Shown: piece by piece, positions 12,568 through 25,613 of the stretch | Position numbering within the stretch: the stretch's first letter is position 1 | Layout: each line of letters begins with the position of its first letter | NCBI RefSeq assembly: GCF_032444005.1 | Contig: NC_091284.1 | Coordinates: 133,548,001 to 133,612,000 of the forward strand | Direction of reading: 5' to 3' | DNA from: Ranitomeya imitator | Lineage: Eukaryota | DNA length: 64,000 nt | The notes under the pieces: generated by a model | What the model was told of the DNA's origin: nothing | What the model saw: only the letters and a program-made list of their open reading frames with translations | The model's database searches: none | Made by a program: the position numbers and the translations under genes

Positions 12568-13196
12568 AGGGATAGTCAAAAATTATTAAATTGCTTTCAT
12601 TAGTTAGACAGCATAAAAATATGCAAGCTTGCAATTGACTTGCTTTTACTTTTTGATGTCATTCTCTTGCAATATAATGAAAGATTTCATCTTTCAAAGC
12701 GTGGAACTAGTTTCTATTGAGCTTGGCCAATACTAACTGCCCAGACCCTGGACAAGTATGCAAAGTAACAGTATTCCAGGAGAGAAGTTAACTCCTAACA
12801 TACCAGCCATGTTTCTCTAGCCCAATGATTTCTATATTGTAGTTAACTGCTCACCTTCCTTCCACCCACCGCTCCAAACGTTGCAAAATCACAATCCTGT
12901 AGCGTCTAATATTTTCAGATCAGGTTTCCTAATCATTGCTCTTCCTGTCCGGAGCTGTGTGATTGTCCAAATACCCTGCTATATTTATATGTAAATAAAG
13001 TAACAGCAATAGTCACTGCAGAACAAAGTGATAGCTGACTGTGTTTTCAGAATTTTTGCTTAGCTTTATAGTTCTGCTAATAATACAGTTCTGCCATTCA
13101 AGGAGAAGAGCCTGACCTGCCAGGAACCAGGAAGGGAGGAGACTGTAAGGAGGCTGCATTACTCTGAGTGTAATGAGACAACTTGAGAATACCCCT
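12568..13196. mobile_element. T2/Kolobok-type MITE, degenerate
   Basis: TTAA|AGGGATA ... TACCCCT|TTAA termini. Confidence 0.5.
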
Positions 13197-13364
13197 TTAA
13201 TATAACTCTGTTAATGTTTTAAAGTTGGATTGTCAAGTGACTAGCCCCTGTTAGCACCAATAACTTTTACCTTATGGTACAGTAAAATCCTACAAGGGCA
13301 GCACTATGTTAAAGTGAAGCTATCTTTAGAAAATTATCTACTGTTTAAATTAGGTGTTTGTGTT

Positions 13365-13790
13365 ACATACTGACTAAGGCATTGCCGAAACGCGCTTCGG
13401 GGTGACGTGTGTGTTGCTGGCCTCCCCTCTACTCCTTCTATATGGTGTCCAAGTGAGGTATGCGTATTTTTACATAGTCTGCCTTGCGCACATGCTTCTA
13501 CTATACATATTATATCGCTATCTCTGAATACTTAAGTATAGCGGTTGGACTACCAGATTATGGAGAGATAAATTACAGGGTAGATCTAGATTTCTTTTTT
13601 ACTGGATATAGCAATTTGCTAAGCATGACATTGCTAATGTATGTTTGATTCCTGGCCAAGCACACTTCGTCTTATGTTTTTTCTGTATCTGCACTTATGC
13701 ACTTTATGGCCCTTTTTCTTCCTTCCCCTGTTTCAACTGTTTATGTATTTATAGATGTTAATAAACAATTTGCATTTAAAAAAAAAAATT
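13365..13790 (+). mobile_element. Penelope-like terminal fragment with degenerate hammerhead-like motif
   Basis: CTGACTAA-GGCATTGCC-GAAACGCGCTTCGGGG followed by AT-rich tail, AATAAA and an A run. Confidence 0.4.
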
Positions 13791-13979
13791 ATTGGGCTAT
13801 ATGATTGTTTTTTTGGCTGCTCTTTTTGATATTCGTTTGTAAAAATAAATGTATACTTTTTATTTGTTCATTTTTTCATATCATAATCTTTATTAAAAAA
13901 GAATGTAAACTTGCAATTTTCTCATTGGAGCCAGTGTGAAAAGTGCAAAACTTCTATAGTAACAATCAAGAAGTGGTGA

Positions 13980-16509
13980 GATAGTAACATAGTAACATAG
14001 TTATTAAGGTTGAAGGAAGACTTTAAGTCCATCTAGTTCAACCCATAGCCTAACCTAACATGTCCTAACATGTTGATCCAGAGGAAGGCAAAAAAAACCA
14101 TGTGGCAAAGAGTAAGCTCCACACTGGGGAAAAAAAATCCTTCCCGACTCCACATACGACAATCAGACTGGTTCCCTGGATCAACACCCTAACAAGGAAT
14201 CTAATATATATACCCTGTAACATTATACTTTTCAAGAAAGACATCCAGTCCCCTCTTAAATTTAAGTAATGAATCACTCATTACAACATCATACGGCAGA
14301 GAGTTCCATAGTCTCACTGCTCTTACAGTAAAGATTCCGCATCTGTTATTATGCTTAAACCTTCTTTCCTGCAGACATAGAGGATGCCCCCTTGTCTCTG
14401 TCTCAGGTCTATGCAGGGACGTAACTACCACGGTCGCAGCAGTCGCCATTGCGACCGGGCCCGGGGTAGTCAGGGGCCCCGGCTGGTCAGATGCATGCCG
14501 ACACCAGCAAAAAGTTAAAAACTGTTGCCGTGCAGGTGATTCGTCCCGCACGGCAACAGACAGACCTGCCCTCCACCTGACCTGCCAGGCGCACACATCA
14601 GATCAGCAGCCGACGCCTGATCTGAAAGGAAGAGCTGAAGATCCTGTGGTGACGTCATCACTATCATAGGTCTTTCACCATTTATCAGCTCCGCCTCCTG
14701 ATCACATGACGATGACGTCACCACAAGTCCTTCAGCTCTCAGCAGCTCAGTCCTGGTGTGCAGCTCGTGTTCTCTGGTATCAACCAGCAGCAGATTTCCG
14801 GTTCCTGCTGTTCTGGTGAGATATGGAGACGGGAAGAATGTGGAGATGGATGGGGCAGAATGTGGAGAAGGATGGGGCAGAATGCGGAGACGGATGGGCA
14901 GAATGCGGAGACGGATGGGGCAGAATGCGGAGTCGGATGGGGCAGAATGCGGAGACGGATGGGGCAGAATGCGGAGACGGATGGGGCAGAATGCGGAGAC
15001 GGATGAGGCAGAATGCGGAGTCGGATGGGGCAGAATGCGGAGACGGTTGGGGCAGAATGCGGAGTCGGATGGGGCAGAATGAGGAGACGGATGGGGCAGA
15101 ATGCGGAGTCGGATGGGGCAGAATGCGGAGACGGATGGGGCAGAATGCGGAGACGGATGGGGCAGAATGCGGAGACGGATGGGGCAGAATGCGGAGTCGG
15201 ATGGGGCAGAATGCGGAGACGGATGGGGCAGAATGCGGAGTCGGATGGGGCAGAATGCGGAGACGGATGGGGCAGAATGCGGAGATGGATGGGGCAGAAT
15301 GTGGAGACGGATGGGGCAGAATGTGGAGACGGATGGGGCAGGAGCATGGGCAGGATGTGGATTTGGGTGGAAAATGTTTTGGTGGGGGGGCCCCATTTGT
15401 AAGTTCGCACCGGGGCCCATAACTTTGTAGTTACGCCACTGGGTCTATGATTAAAAGATCATCAGAAAGGTCTTTGTACTGTCCCCTCATATATTTATAC
15501 ATTAACATAAGATCAGCCCTTAGCCTTCGTTTTTCAAAACTAAATAGCCCCAAGTGTAATAACCTATCTTGGTATTGCAGACCCCCCAGTCCTCTTATAA
15601 CCTTGGTCGCTCTTCTCTGCACCCGCTCCAGTTCAGCTATGTCTTTCTTATACACCGGAGACCAGAACTGCACACAGTATTCTAAGTGTGGTCGAACTAG
15701 TGACATTGTATTGAGGTAAAATTATGTTCTTCTCATGAGCATCTATGCCTCTTTTAATGCATCCCATTATTTTATTTGCCTTTGTAGCAGCTACCTGACA
15801 CTGGCCACTATATGTGAGTTTGTCATCCACCCATACTCCCAGGTCTTTTTCATTGATGGTTTTGCCCAGAGTTTTAGAATTAAGCACATAGTTATACATC
15901 TTATTAACTCTACCCAAGTGCATGACCTTACATTTATGTCCATTAAATCTCATTTGCCATTTATCAGCCCAAGCTTGTAGTTTACATAAATCATCCAGTA
16001 ATATAAAATTGCCCTCCTCTGTTTTGATTACCCTGCAGAGTTTAGTGTCATCTGCAAATATTGAAATTCTGCTCTGAATGCCCCCTACAAGGTCATTAAT
16101 AAATATATTAAAAAGAAGAGAGCCCAATACTGACCCCTGTGGTACCCCACTGCTAATCGCGACCCAGTCCGAGTGTGCTCCATTAATAACCACCGTTTGT
16201 TTCCTATCCCTGAGCCAGCTCTTAACCCACTTACACATATTTTCCCCTATCCCCATTATTCTCATTTTATGTATCAACCTTTTGTGTGGCACCGTATCAA
16301 AAGCTTTTGAAAAGTCCATATACACTACATCTACTGGGTTCCCTTGGTCCAGTCCGGAACTAACCTCTTCATAGAAACTGATCAAATTAGTCTGACATGA
16401 ACGGTCCCTAGTAAACCCGTGCTGATACTGGGTCATGAGGTTATTCCTCTTCAGATACTCCAGTATAGCGTCCCTTAGAATGCCCTCCAGGATTTTACCC
16501 ACAGTAGAG
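13980..16509 (-). mobile_element. 5'-truncated CR1-clade LINE (RT and C-terminus), split by an hAT MITE
   Basis: RT ORF 15648-16502 (QHGF..RSCQTNL, DFSKAFD, GVPQGSVLG, FADDTKL); frameshifted C-terminus [13 protein letters not shown] and TRGH...WNSLP; 3' (TTACTATG)n microsatellite at ~13980-14000. Confidence 0.93.
14414..15441. mobile_element. hAT-type MITE with GC-rich ~22-bp minisatellite
   Basis: TIR CAG(G/T)GGCGTAACTAC-like; 8-bp TSD GGTCTATG (14406-13, 15442-49); repeat GGATGGGGCAGAATGCGGAGAC at 14827-15350. Confidence 0.9.
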
Positions 16510-16664
16510 TCACTCTCAGTCAGCTGTTTCCATCCATAAAGCGGCAGCTCATATGATTGACCACTACACTCACAGTCAACAGGTAGATGGGGAGGGATGG
16601 AGAACTGCCTCTATTCTCTTGTCTGAGAATACCACTGATTTAAAAAGTTTGCAGCCATCTTTAA

Positions 16665-17013
16665 GGCTAGGTTCAGATTGCATTAGTGCAATCCGTTTAG
16701 CGCCTAGCGCTAGCGGATTGCGCTAACGCAATGTGTTGTAAAGGGGTCACGTTAAACGTCCCCGCTCTCGCAGATCTCCGATCTTCGAGAGCAGGGAATG
16801 GACCCCAGGCACGCCTCGGACGCTGCAAGCAGCGTCTGTGACGCACCACAAAACACCGGCACATCGCTAGCGCGTGCCGAAAATGGCACACGCTAGTGAT
16901 GCGCGTCCCCATTGCTGTTAATGGGCGCGCTAACGGACGCGTTGCACGGCGTTAATTTCGCCGTGCAACGCTGTCCGTTAGCGTGGTCCCATTAACGCAA
17001 TCTGAACCTAGCC
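16665..17013. mobile_element. PIF/Harbinger-type MITE
   Basis: TIR GGCTAGGTTCAGATTGC; TAA TSD on both sides. Confidence 0.88.
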
Positions 17014-17146
17014 TAAAGGAAAATATGCACACACCTTTCACATAGTTGATGTCCTTTAAACATTCGTATTTCTGTTTTTTTTAGATCATAAACATAGTCA
17101 TTGCTTTATATTCACTTATTCCTAATATGCATGCATTGTATTGTAC

Positions 17147-17275
17147 CATTAATTTCTTGTCCTCTTGGAAAAAAGAGTCCACGAACATCTTTCCTACGGC
17201 GTAAGGGAGAGCATTTTCAATATAATTTACACATCTGTCCCAGCGTGCAGTCAGAGAATTTGTTCCTAAAAGAAC
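17147..17275 (-). CDS. PHEX: PHEX coding exon, orthologous to human exon 11
   Basis: 129 bp, AG/GT; [43 protein letters not shown] vs human [43 protein letters not shown]. Confidence 0.96.
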
Positions 17276-19636
17276 CTGTAAAATAAAAAATGTTGTAAAG
17301 CTGCGAAATGTCATCAGCTTTAAGAGGTGATGATAGGAAATGTATCAGGAGGCTATTTATGATGAAATATAAGTAAAGGATGGCAAAATCTGTGGGATAA
17401 ATGTGTAGACCTGAGATTTACCTTAATGTGTAACAAATATTTCCCTATTTTTAACACATTTTGGTAGAACAAAAGCCTCGGAAGGAGCATCTTCTGACCA
17501 TGCAAAAATGTCTGGAATTGAGAGCGGACCCCATGTCGTATTTTGAGTGCACCTGATGTGCCTAAACAGTAGAAACCCGCAGAAGTGACCCCATATTAGA
17601 AAATAGACATCTTGGGGAATGTATTTAAATGTGTGGTGAGCACTTTGAACCCCCGGGGCTTCACAGAAGTTCATAACCTAGACCCGTGAAAATAAAAAAA
17701 TAAATTTTTTTCCCACAAAAATGTACATTTAGCCCCAATTTTTTCATTGTCACAAGGGTAAAAGGAGAAAATAATCCCCAAAATTTGTTGTGTAATTTCA
17801 CCTAAGTACGCTAGGGAAAACAACTGTTTGGGCACAAGGCAGGTCTCAGAAGAGAAAGAGTGTTGTTTTGAACACAGACTTTAATGGAATCGTCTGCAGG
17901 CGTCATGTTGCGTTTGAAATGCTGCTGATATGCCTAAACAGTGGAAACCCCCCACAAGTGACCCATTTTGAAGACTACACCCTTCAAGGATTTTATCCAG
18001 GGATATAGTGAGCATTTTGAACCCATAGGTACTTTTCAGAATTTGATAATATTAGGCTGTCATATTGAACATTTTAATTTTTTTCTAACTAAAATATTGT
18101 TTTAGCCTCAAATTTGTAATTTTCACGATAATAGGTGAAAATGCACCCCATAATTTGTTACGCAGTTTCTCCTGAATGTGAAGATACCCCTCACGTGGTC
18201 AAAAACTTCTGTCTCCGCACATGGTAGGGCCAGGAAAGAGTGCTATTTGTCTGGAATAAATTGTGAAAGCCATGTCACATTTGGAATTCCCTTGACATTC
18301 AAAAACAGCATAAACCTTCCACAGGTGACTTAATTTTGGAAACTAGACCCCTCAAGGAATCCATGTACTGTAGGCATGTACTGAGCATTTTTAACATACA
18401 GGTTATTGACAAAACTTTATAACATTTAGATGTGATAACAAAAAATACATTTTTTCTACTAAAATACTGTTTTAGCACAAATTTATAATTTATATTAGGG
18501 GTAATGGGAGAAACTGAACAGCACAATTTTGTTATGCAATTTCTTCTGAATGTGGTAGAACTCCATATGTGGTTGTATACTACTGTTTGAGCACATGGCA
18601 GGGATCGGATGGGAAGGGGCACTACATGGATTTTACAATGGAGATTTCATTTGAATAGAGTGTGGTTTCCATTTACTAAACCACTGAGGTGCCAGAACAG
18701 CAGAGCCTCCCCCGGGTGACCCGAAACTTCATGGCCTAAGGAATTCATCTAGGGGTGTAGTGAGTATTTTGAACCCATAAGTGCCTCATATAATTTTATA
18801 ACATTGAGATGTGGAAATATGACATTTTAGTTGTAAAAATGTAATTTTTGTATTTGCTGCAAATTTGTCACAAGGCTTAATAGGTAAAACTGTGTCAACT
18901 TTGTCAAGGCGGCATTCTTCACAGGATTCCTTGGGGGTATGTCTTTAGGCTGTGAGCCATGCCCCTTGGTACAGACAATAAAAAGTAGCACTAAATAAAA
19001 TGGATCATATTGCTGGAGTCGTATGATGGATTTTAAAAATAAAAACTCACTCTTCGGTAATTTTTCAATTATGCACTTTTGTTTTTTCCTTCTCCTCTTC
19101 CAAGAGCCATAACTTTTGTTTTTTCCATTGACATAGTTTTTTTGGTATAGCTTTATGTTGTTCATTGTATGGTAAAAAAACTGGAAAACTGATTTTTTTA
19201 TAATAAGCAGTTGCAAAATTTTTTTGTTAGTATCACCATTTCCAAAGCCAGTAATAATTTTATTTTTCCATCAATGGATCTGTCAGAGGATTTGTATTTT
19301 GCAAGTTGAGTTGTTATTTTCTTTTATGCAATTTTGGGGTCCATAAGAAATTTTGATCACTTTTTATTGTATTTTTTTAAGGGAGGTATGGTGACAAACA
19401 AATAGCAATTCTTGCATTTTGACTGTCTTTCTCATTATAGTGTTTAACCATCAGGTTAATTAATTTTAGATTTTGATATATTGGACTTTTACAGATTTAA
19501 TAATACCAAATGTAGCGCCGGCATCCCTGCACACTGCCCCTCTCCCCCGGCAGGGACACTGACTCACTCACCGTCACGGCCCACATCCCGCTTCTCCTCC
19601 TCCTTCCACGTCTGGTTCTACCCAAAGTGTGCACAC

Positions 19637-22600
19637 TGTTAGGGGTCGAGTTCCCGCCTCTGCACAGGGGGAATCTCGGGCCATCTCCGCTGCGGTCTCC
19701 CATTCCTCTCCTGCCGCAGTTGAGCCTGCTCAGCGGAGACGTCAGTCCAAGCGTCTTGCTCAGTCCCACTCTGTACAAAGAGTTACTGCTGCCTTTCCTG
19801 CTTCTGCCATTGAAGTCAGTGCTGGGCAGCGGCGAGCAGACGCTTCTGCGACTAAGTCCTGCTTTTCTCATTCTGAGCATGACCTGAGTAAGATCTCTCA
19901 GTGGAGATCGAGGGTCACATGGTAGTAAGGTCCTATAGCTGCTAGGACTAACTCCTGCTTTTCACACACTGAGCATGCCCAGGGTAAGATCTCTCAGTGG
20001 AGATCTAGGGTCACATGCTCAGGTATGGCAGTCTCTCATTGGTCCTTCTAGGAAGGTCTTTTACTTGCTGCAGCTATATAAGGCTCGCATGGCCGCACGG
20101 CCATGCGCTAGTATCAATGCATGACATGAGTTTTGCGCCAGTGTGGTCACGCTTGTGTGTATTCAGGGACCCGGCTGAAATAAGCCACTAGAATACCGGC
20201 ACCTCCGGTGAGGAGATTGTGTGTTTGGTTACAGGGCCCCGGCTGAAATAAGCCACTAGAATACCGGCTCCTCCGGTGAGGAGATTGTATGTTTGCCTCC
20301 TGGACTGCGTGACCACAAGCTGCTATCTGCTCAGCAGTTACTGTGTATTCCTGTGGAGTTTAACAGGACACAGTCCTTTCCTTATAGCGACTCTGTGAAG
20401 CAACAGAGTTCGCTTCTACCGCCATATTGTGCCGCTGTTTGCCAGCAGCAGGTTCTTTTCCTGCACGGTGGACCCCGGGCTGCGAACGCACCAAATAACA
20501 TCTCTATATTTACTCGGTGCATTCCGCCAGCCCTAACAGTATACTAGCACCAGGGTCTGGCTGGTAAATGGCGGACGATCAGCGTTTACAGCGGTACATC
20601 CAGGAGCTGGAGGGTAGGTTGACGGCTCTCGAGCGCACAACCTCAGCTGTGGATGTTACCGCAGACGCTGTTCAGGCTGCAAGTGTAGCTGCAGCCAGTT
20701 TGTCCTCTGCCACCCCTGCTCCGACTTTATCCCGTCTCCCGCTTCCAGACAAGTTTGCTGGTGACAGTAAGCTATGTCGGGGATTCGTGAGTCAGTGCTC
20801 CATACATCTTGAGCTTCTGGCTGCACGTTTTCCTACGGAACGGGCGAAAGTGGGATTTATTTTATCCCTTTTGTCGGGCAGGGCGTTGGAGTGGGCAACG
20901 CCGCTATGGGAGCGCAATGATCGTGTGGCGCAGAGTGCTCCTCTCTTCCTGGACGCTCTGAAACAGGTCTTTTTGGGACCTCGTGTCACCCACGATACCG
21001 CGCTCCAATTGTTGGCAACAACAAAGGGTTCGTCCATGGTCAGCCAGTTCGCCGTGCAATTCCGGACTCTGGTCTCTGAGCTGGAATGGCCGGATAAAGT
21101 CCTTATTCCGGTGTTCTGGAGAGGACTGGCAGACCATGTGAAGGACGCCTTGGCCACCAGGGAGATTCCCGCCACACTGGAGGAGCTTATTTCTATATCT
21201 ACCCGCATCGACCTCCGTTTTAACGAGCGGAGGTTGGAGCGGGCCCAGTGTAGGCAGAGGTTTCGGCTGGCTCCCACCTTCGCCAGACCTCTGGAATCTT
21301 CCGTTCAGGCGTCCGACTCCCATGAGGCCATGGAGGTTTCTCGAGCGGGACCTAAGTCTCGGACCGCTCGAGTACCCATGGTTTGCAGAAATTGCCAACA
21401 AGAAGGACATTATGCCAATAAATGTCCACGGCGGTCGAGTAAACGATCGCGTCTAGTAACCCTTGGAGGAGGTTCACTAGACACAGCGGCATTTTCCTCC
21501 AAGCTGTCCTTCAAAGGGACAATCATATTAGGCTCTTACTCTCTAACAGTCGAGCTATGTGTGGATTCTGGAGCTGAGGGGAATTTCATCTCCTCAGCTT
21601 TTGCTCTGCGCCATGCAATACCTCTGGTGATGCTCGCCAAACCGGTGACTGTTAGGGTAGTGAATGGGTCGACACTTCCATCTCAGATCACACACCAGAC
21701 TGTCCCTTTCACGTTAGCTATGTCCCCATCCCACCAGGAGATAATTTCCCTTCTTGTCCTTCCCGAGGGACTGGATGAGATTCTGCTGGGAATACCCTGG
21801 CTCCCGTTTCCACTCCCCACATATTGAGTGGTCCTCTGGGAGGATATTGGGTTGGAGTGAATCCTGTAAGGGCAGATGTGTGAAAGAGTGCGTTCAGGTT
21901 TCCACCACTGAGATACCTGCAAATCTCTCTTCTCTTCCCAAATACTATTGGTCCTATGCAGACGTCTTCTCCAAAAAGGCTGCGGAGACCCTTCCGCCTC
22001 ACCGCCCCTATGACTGTCCTATAGATCTCTTGCCTGGAGCAGAACCTCCTCGGGGACGTTTCTATCCCCTCTCTCTTCCGGAAACGGAGGCCATGTCCCA
22101 ATACATCCAGGAGAATTTGGCAAGAGGGTTCATTAGGAAGTCAGTGTCACCAGCAGGGGCAGGGTTCTTCTTCGTGCAGAAGAAGAATGGAGAATTACGT
22201 CCTTGCATAGATTACAGGGGTCTTAACGCCATCACCGTTAAGAATAAGTACCCGCTGCCCCTGATTTCTGAGCTTTTTGATAGGCTAAGGGGAGCTAAGG
22301 TATTTACCAAATTAGATCTGCGGGGTGCTTATAACCTGATTCGCATCCGTAAGGGGGACGAATGGAAGACGGCGTTTAACACCAGAGATGGGCACTATGA
22401 GTATCTGGTGATGCCCTTCGGGCTCTGTAATGCCCCAGCCGTTTTCCAAGACTTTGTCAATGACATCTTCCGGGATATGCTTTCCACCTCGGTCGTATTC
22501 TATCTGGATGATATTATCATCTTTTCTCCAGATATTGACTCCCACCGGAGAGATGTTGGCAGAGTCTTCGACCTCTTACGGGCAAATTCTCTCTATGCAA

Positions 22601-25600
22601 AGTTGGAGAAGTGTATATTTGAGCAGGAGTCTTTACCTTTCCTGGGCTATATCATCTCCGCCCAGGGATTGGCTATGGATCCTGCCAAACTACAGGCTGT
22701 GATGGACTGGCAAGAACCCCATTCTCTTAAAGCGGTGCAGCGCTTTATGGGGTTCATTAATTATTACCGCCAGTTCATTCCCCACTTCTCAACTTTGGTA
22801 GCTCCCTTGGTAGCCCTCACCAAGAAGGGAGCAAATCCAAAATTGTGGTCAGAAGAGGTCTCCAGGGCCTTTTCTTCTATTAAGTCCCGTTTTGCTAGCG
22901 CTCCCATCCTACATCGTCCCGATGTTGATAAGCCATTCATAATGGAGGTGGATGCCTCATCCGTTGGTGCAGGAGCAGTCCTCTTCCAAAAGGATGCTCA
23001 AGGTCGGAAGCATCCTTGCTTCTTCTACTCCAAGACCTTCACACCAGCGGAGAGGAATTATTCCATCGGGGACAGGGAGTTGCTAGCGATGAAGTTGGCT
23101 TTCTCAGAGTGGAGACATCTCTTGGAGGGGGCTCGCTTTCCCTTTCAAGTCTTCACGGACCACAAAAATTTGTTATATTTGCAAACAGCCCAGCGGCTAA
23201 ATTCTCGCCAGGCCAGATGGTCCTTGTTCTTCTCCCGGTTCCACTTCACCCTCCATTATCTCGCTGGGGAGAAGAACATTCGTGCTGACGCCCTCTCTCG
23301 CTCTGTTGTGTCATCTGAGGAGGAGGAAGGGGAGCCTCGGCTTATTGTCCCTTCTGAGAGCCTGAGAACCGTAGCTCCGGTTTTGCTAGAGTCTGTGCCT
23401 CCGGGCAAGACTTTTGTACCCATTAATTTGCGACCGGAGGTTCTCTCTTGGGCTCATTCGTCCAGGGTGGGTGGACACTTTGGGACAAAAAGGACATCTG
23501 AGCTACTGGCGAGGTCGTACTGGTGGTCACATATGGTTCATGATGTCAGAGATTACATTCAGGCATGTGTCTCCTGTGCCAAAAATAAATCTCCTCGACA
23601 ACGGCCAGCAGGGTTACTCTATCCCTTGCCGGTGGCAGACAGGCCCTGGGAGATGGTCGGGATGGACTTTGTGGTGGGTTTGCCCAAGTCTCGTGGCTGT
23701 ACCATCATTTGGGTTGTCACCGATCATTTTTCTAAAATGGTGCATTTGGTCCCGCTTCCACGGTTACCTTCTGCACGGGCCTTGGCAGCGTTGTTCATAA
23801 AACACATCTTCCGCCTACACGGTATGCCGGACAAAATTGTCAGTGACCGGGGTCCCCAGTTTGCGTCTCGGTTCTGGAGAGAGCTTTGTTGTCTTCTCAG
23901 CATTGAGTTAAATCTCTCTTCCGCATATCATCCCGAGACGAATGGGTTGGTAGAGAGGGCCTACCAGACCTTGGTCACATATCTGCGACATTTTGTCTCA
24001 GCCAGGCAGGATGACTGGGCATCCTTGCTATCATGGGCAGAGTTTGCACTGAACAACGCCGTAGCCGACTCCACTGGACAAACCCCATTCCTCCTCAGCT
24101 ATGGTCAGCATCCACGGGTACCTGGGCCTATGCCCGTGTCTTCCGCCGACTCCAGGGTGGCAGACTGGGCTGTGGAGGCACGGGATATTTGGGACCGCAC
24201 TCAGGATGCCATTCGGGCCTCTAAGGAGAGAATGAGGTCCTCCGCCGATGCTCATCGGCGCCCCGCTCCGACCTTTGCTCCTGGCGACTTGGTGTGGCTC
24301 ACCGCCCGTAACATCAGGCTGCGAGTTGAGTCCACTAAATTTGCTCCTTGCTACTTGGGTCCGTTCAAGGTCCTTGAGCAGGTTAATCCTGTGGTCTATC
24401 GTTTGGCCCTTCCGCCACGCCTGGGTATCACCGACACCTTTCATGTGTCCCTCTTGAAACCTGTGTATATGTCCCGGTTTTCCGAGTCATCTGCTGGGAC
24501 ATCGGGTTCGTCTACGGACGATTATGAGGTGAACGCTATTTTGGGGTGCAAGGTGGTAGGTGGCAAAAAATTTTATTTGGTGGACTGGAAGGGTTATGGC
24601 CCCGAGGACAGGTCCTGGGAGCCTGCTGAGCACATTCAGGCTCCGCAGCTCATTGCTGTCTTTGAGCGTAGCGAGGTCCAAGGAGGGGGGGGCCCTAGGA
24701 GGGGGGGGTAATGTTAGGGGTCGAGTTCCCGCCTCTGCACAGGGGGAATCTCGGGCCATCTCCGCTGCGGTCTCCCATTCCTCTCCTGCCGCAGTTGAGC
24801 CTGCTCAGCGGAGACGTCAGTCCAAGCGTCTTGCTCAGTCCCACTCTGTACAAAGAGTTACTGCTGCCTTTCCTGCTTCTGCCATTGAAGTCAGTGCTGG
24901 GCAGCGGCGAGCAGACGCTTCTGCGACTAAGTCCTGCTTTTCTCATTCTGAGCATGCCCTGAGTAAGATCTTTCAGTGGAGATCGAGGGTCACATGGTAG
25001 GAAGGTCCTATAGCTGCTAGGACTAACTCCTGCTTTTCACACACTGAGCATGCCTAGGGTAAGATCTCTCAGTGGAGATCTAGGGTCACATGCTCAGGTA
25101 TGGCAGTCTCTCATTGGTCCTTCTAGGAAGGTCTTTTACTTGCTGCAGCTATATAAGGCTCGCATGGCCGCACGGCCATGCGCTAGTATCAATGCATGAC
25201 ATGAGTTTTGCGCCAGTGTGGTCACGCTTGTGTGTATTCAGGGACCCGGCTGAAATAAGCCACTAGAATACCGGCACCTGCGGTGAGGAGATTGTGTGTT
25301 TGGTTACAGGGCCCCGGCTGAAATAAGCCACTAGAATACCGGCTCCTCCGGTGAGGAGATTGTATGTTTGCCTCCTGGACTGCGTGACCACAAGCTGCTA
25401 TCTGCTCAGCAGTTACTGTGTATTCCTGTGGAGTTTAACAGGACACAGTCCTTTCCTTATAGCGACTCTGTGAAGCAACAGAGTTCGCTTCTACCGCCAT
25501 ATTGTGCCGCTGTTTGCCAGCAGCAGGTTCTTTTCCTGCACGGTGGACCCCGGGCTGCGAACGCACCAAATAACATCTCTATATTTACTCGGTGCATTCC

Positions 25601-25613
25601 GCCAGCCCTAACA
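19637..25613 (+). mobile_element. Full-length chromodomain Ty3/Gypsy retrotransposon A (Tf1/sushi-like)
   Basis: 902-bp LTRs 19637-20538 and 24712-25613 (about 5 differences seen); 6-bp TSD GCACAC; PPT before 3' LTR; gag-pro-pol. Confidence 0.97.
20568..24711 (+). CDS. Gypsy A gag-PR-RT-RH-IN-chromodomain, one frameshift near 21800
   Basis: CCHC knuckle CRNCQQEGHYANKC, PR VDSG, RT YLDD, IN HHCC/DDE, chromodomain [17 protein letters not shown]; split into track ORFs 20568-21827 and 21754-24711. Confidence 0.93.

Noticed and set aside
14827-15350. Possible CRISPR-like arrays (also 9355-9700 and 58600-59230)
   Set aside because: No unique spacers; eukaryotic context; no cas genes
14515-15430. 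Multiple 100-300 aa repetitive ORFs on both strands
   Set aside because: 22-bp GC-rich minisatellite in a MITE; open in many frames by chance
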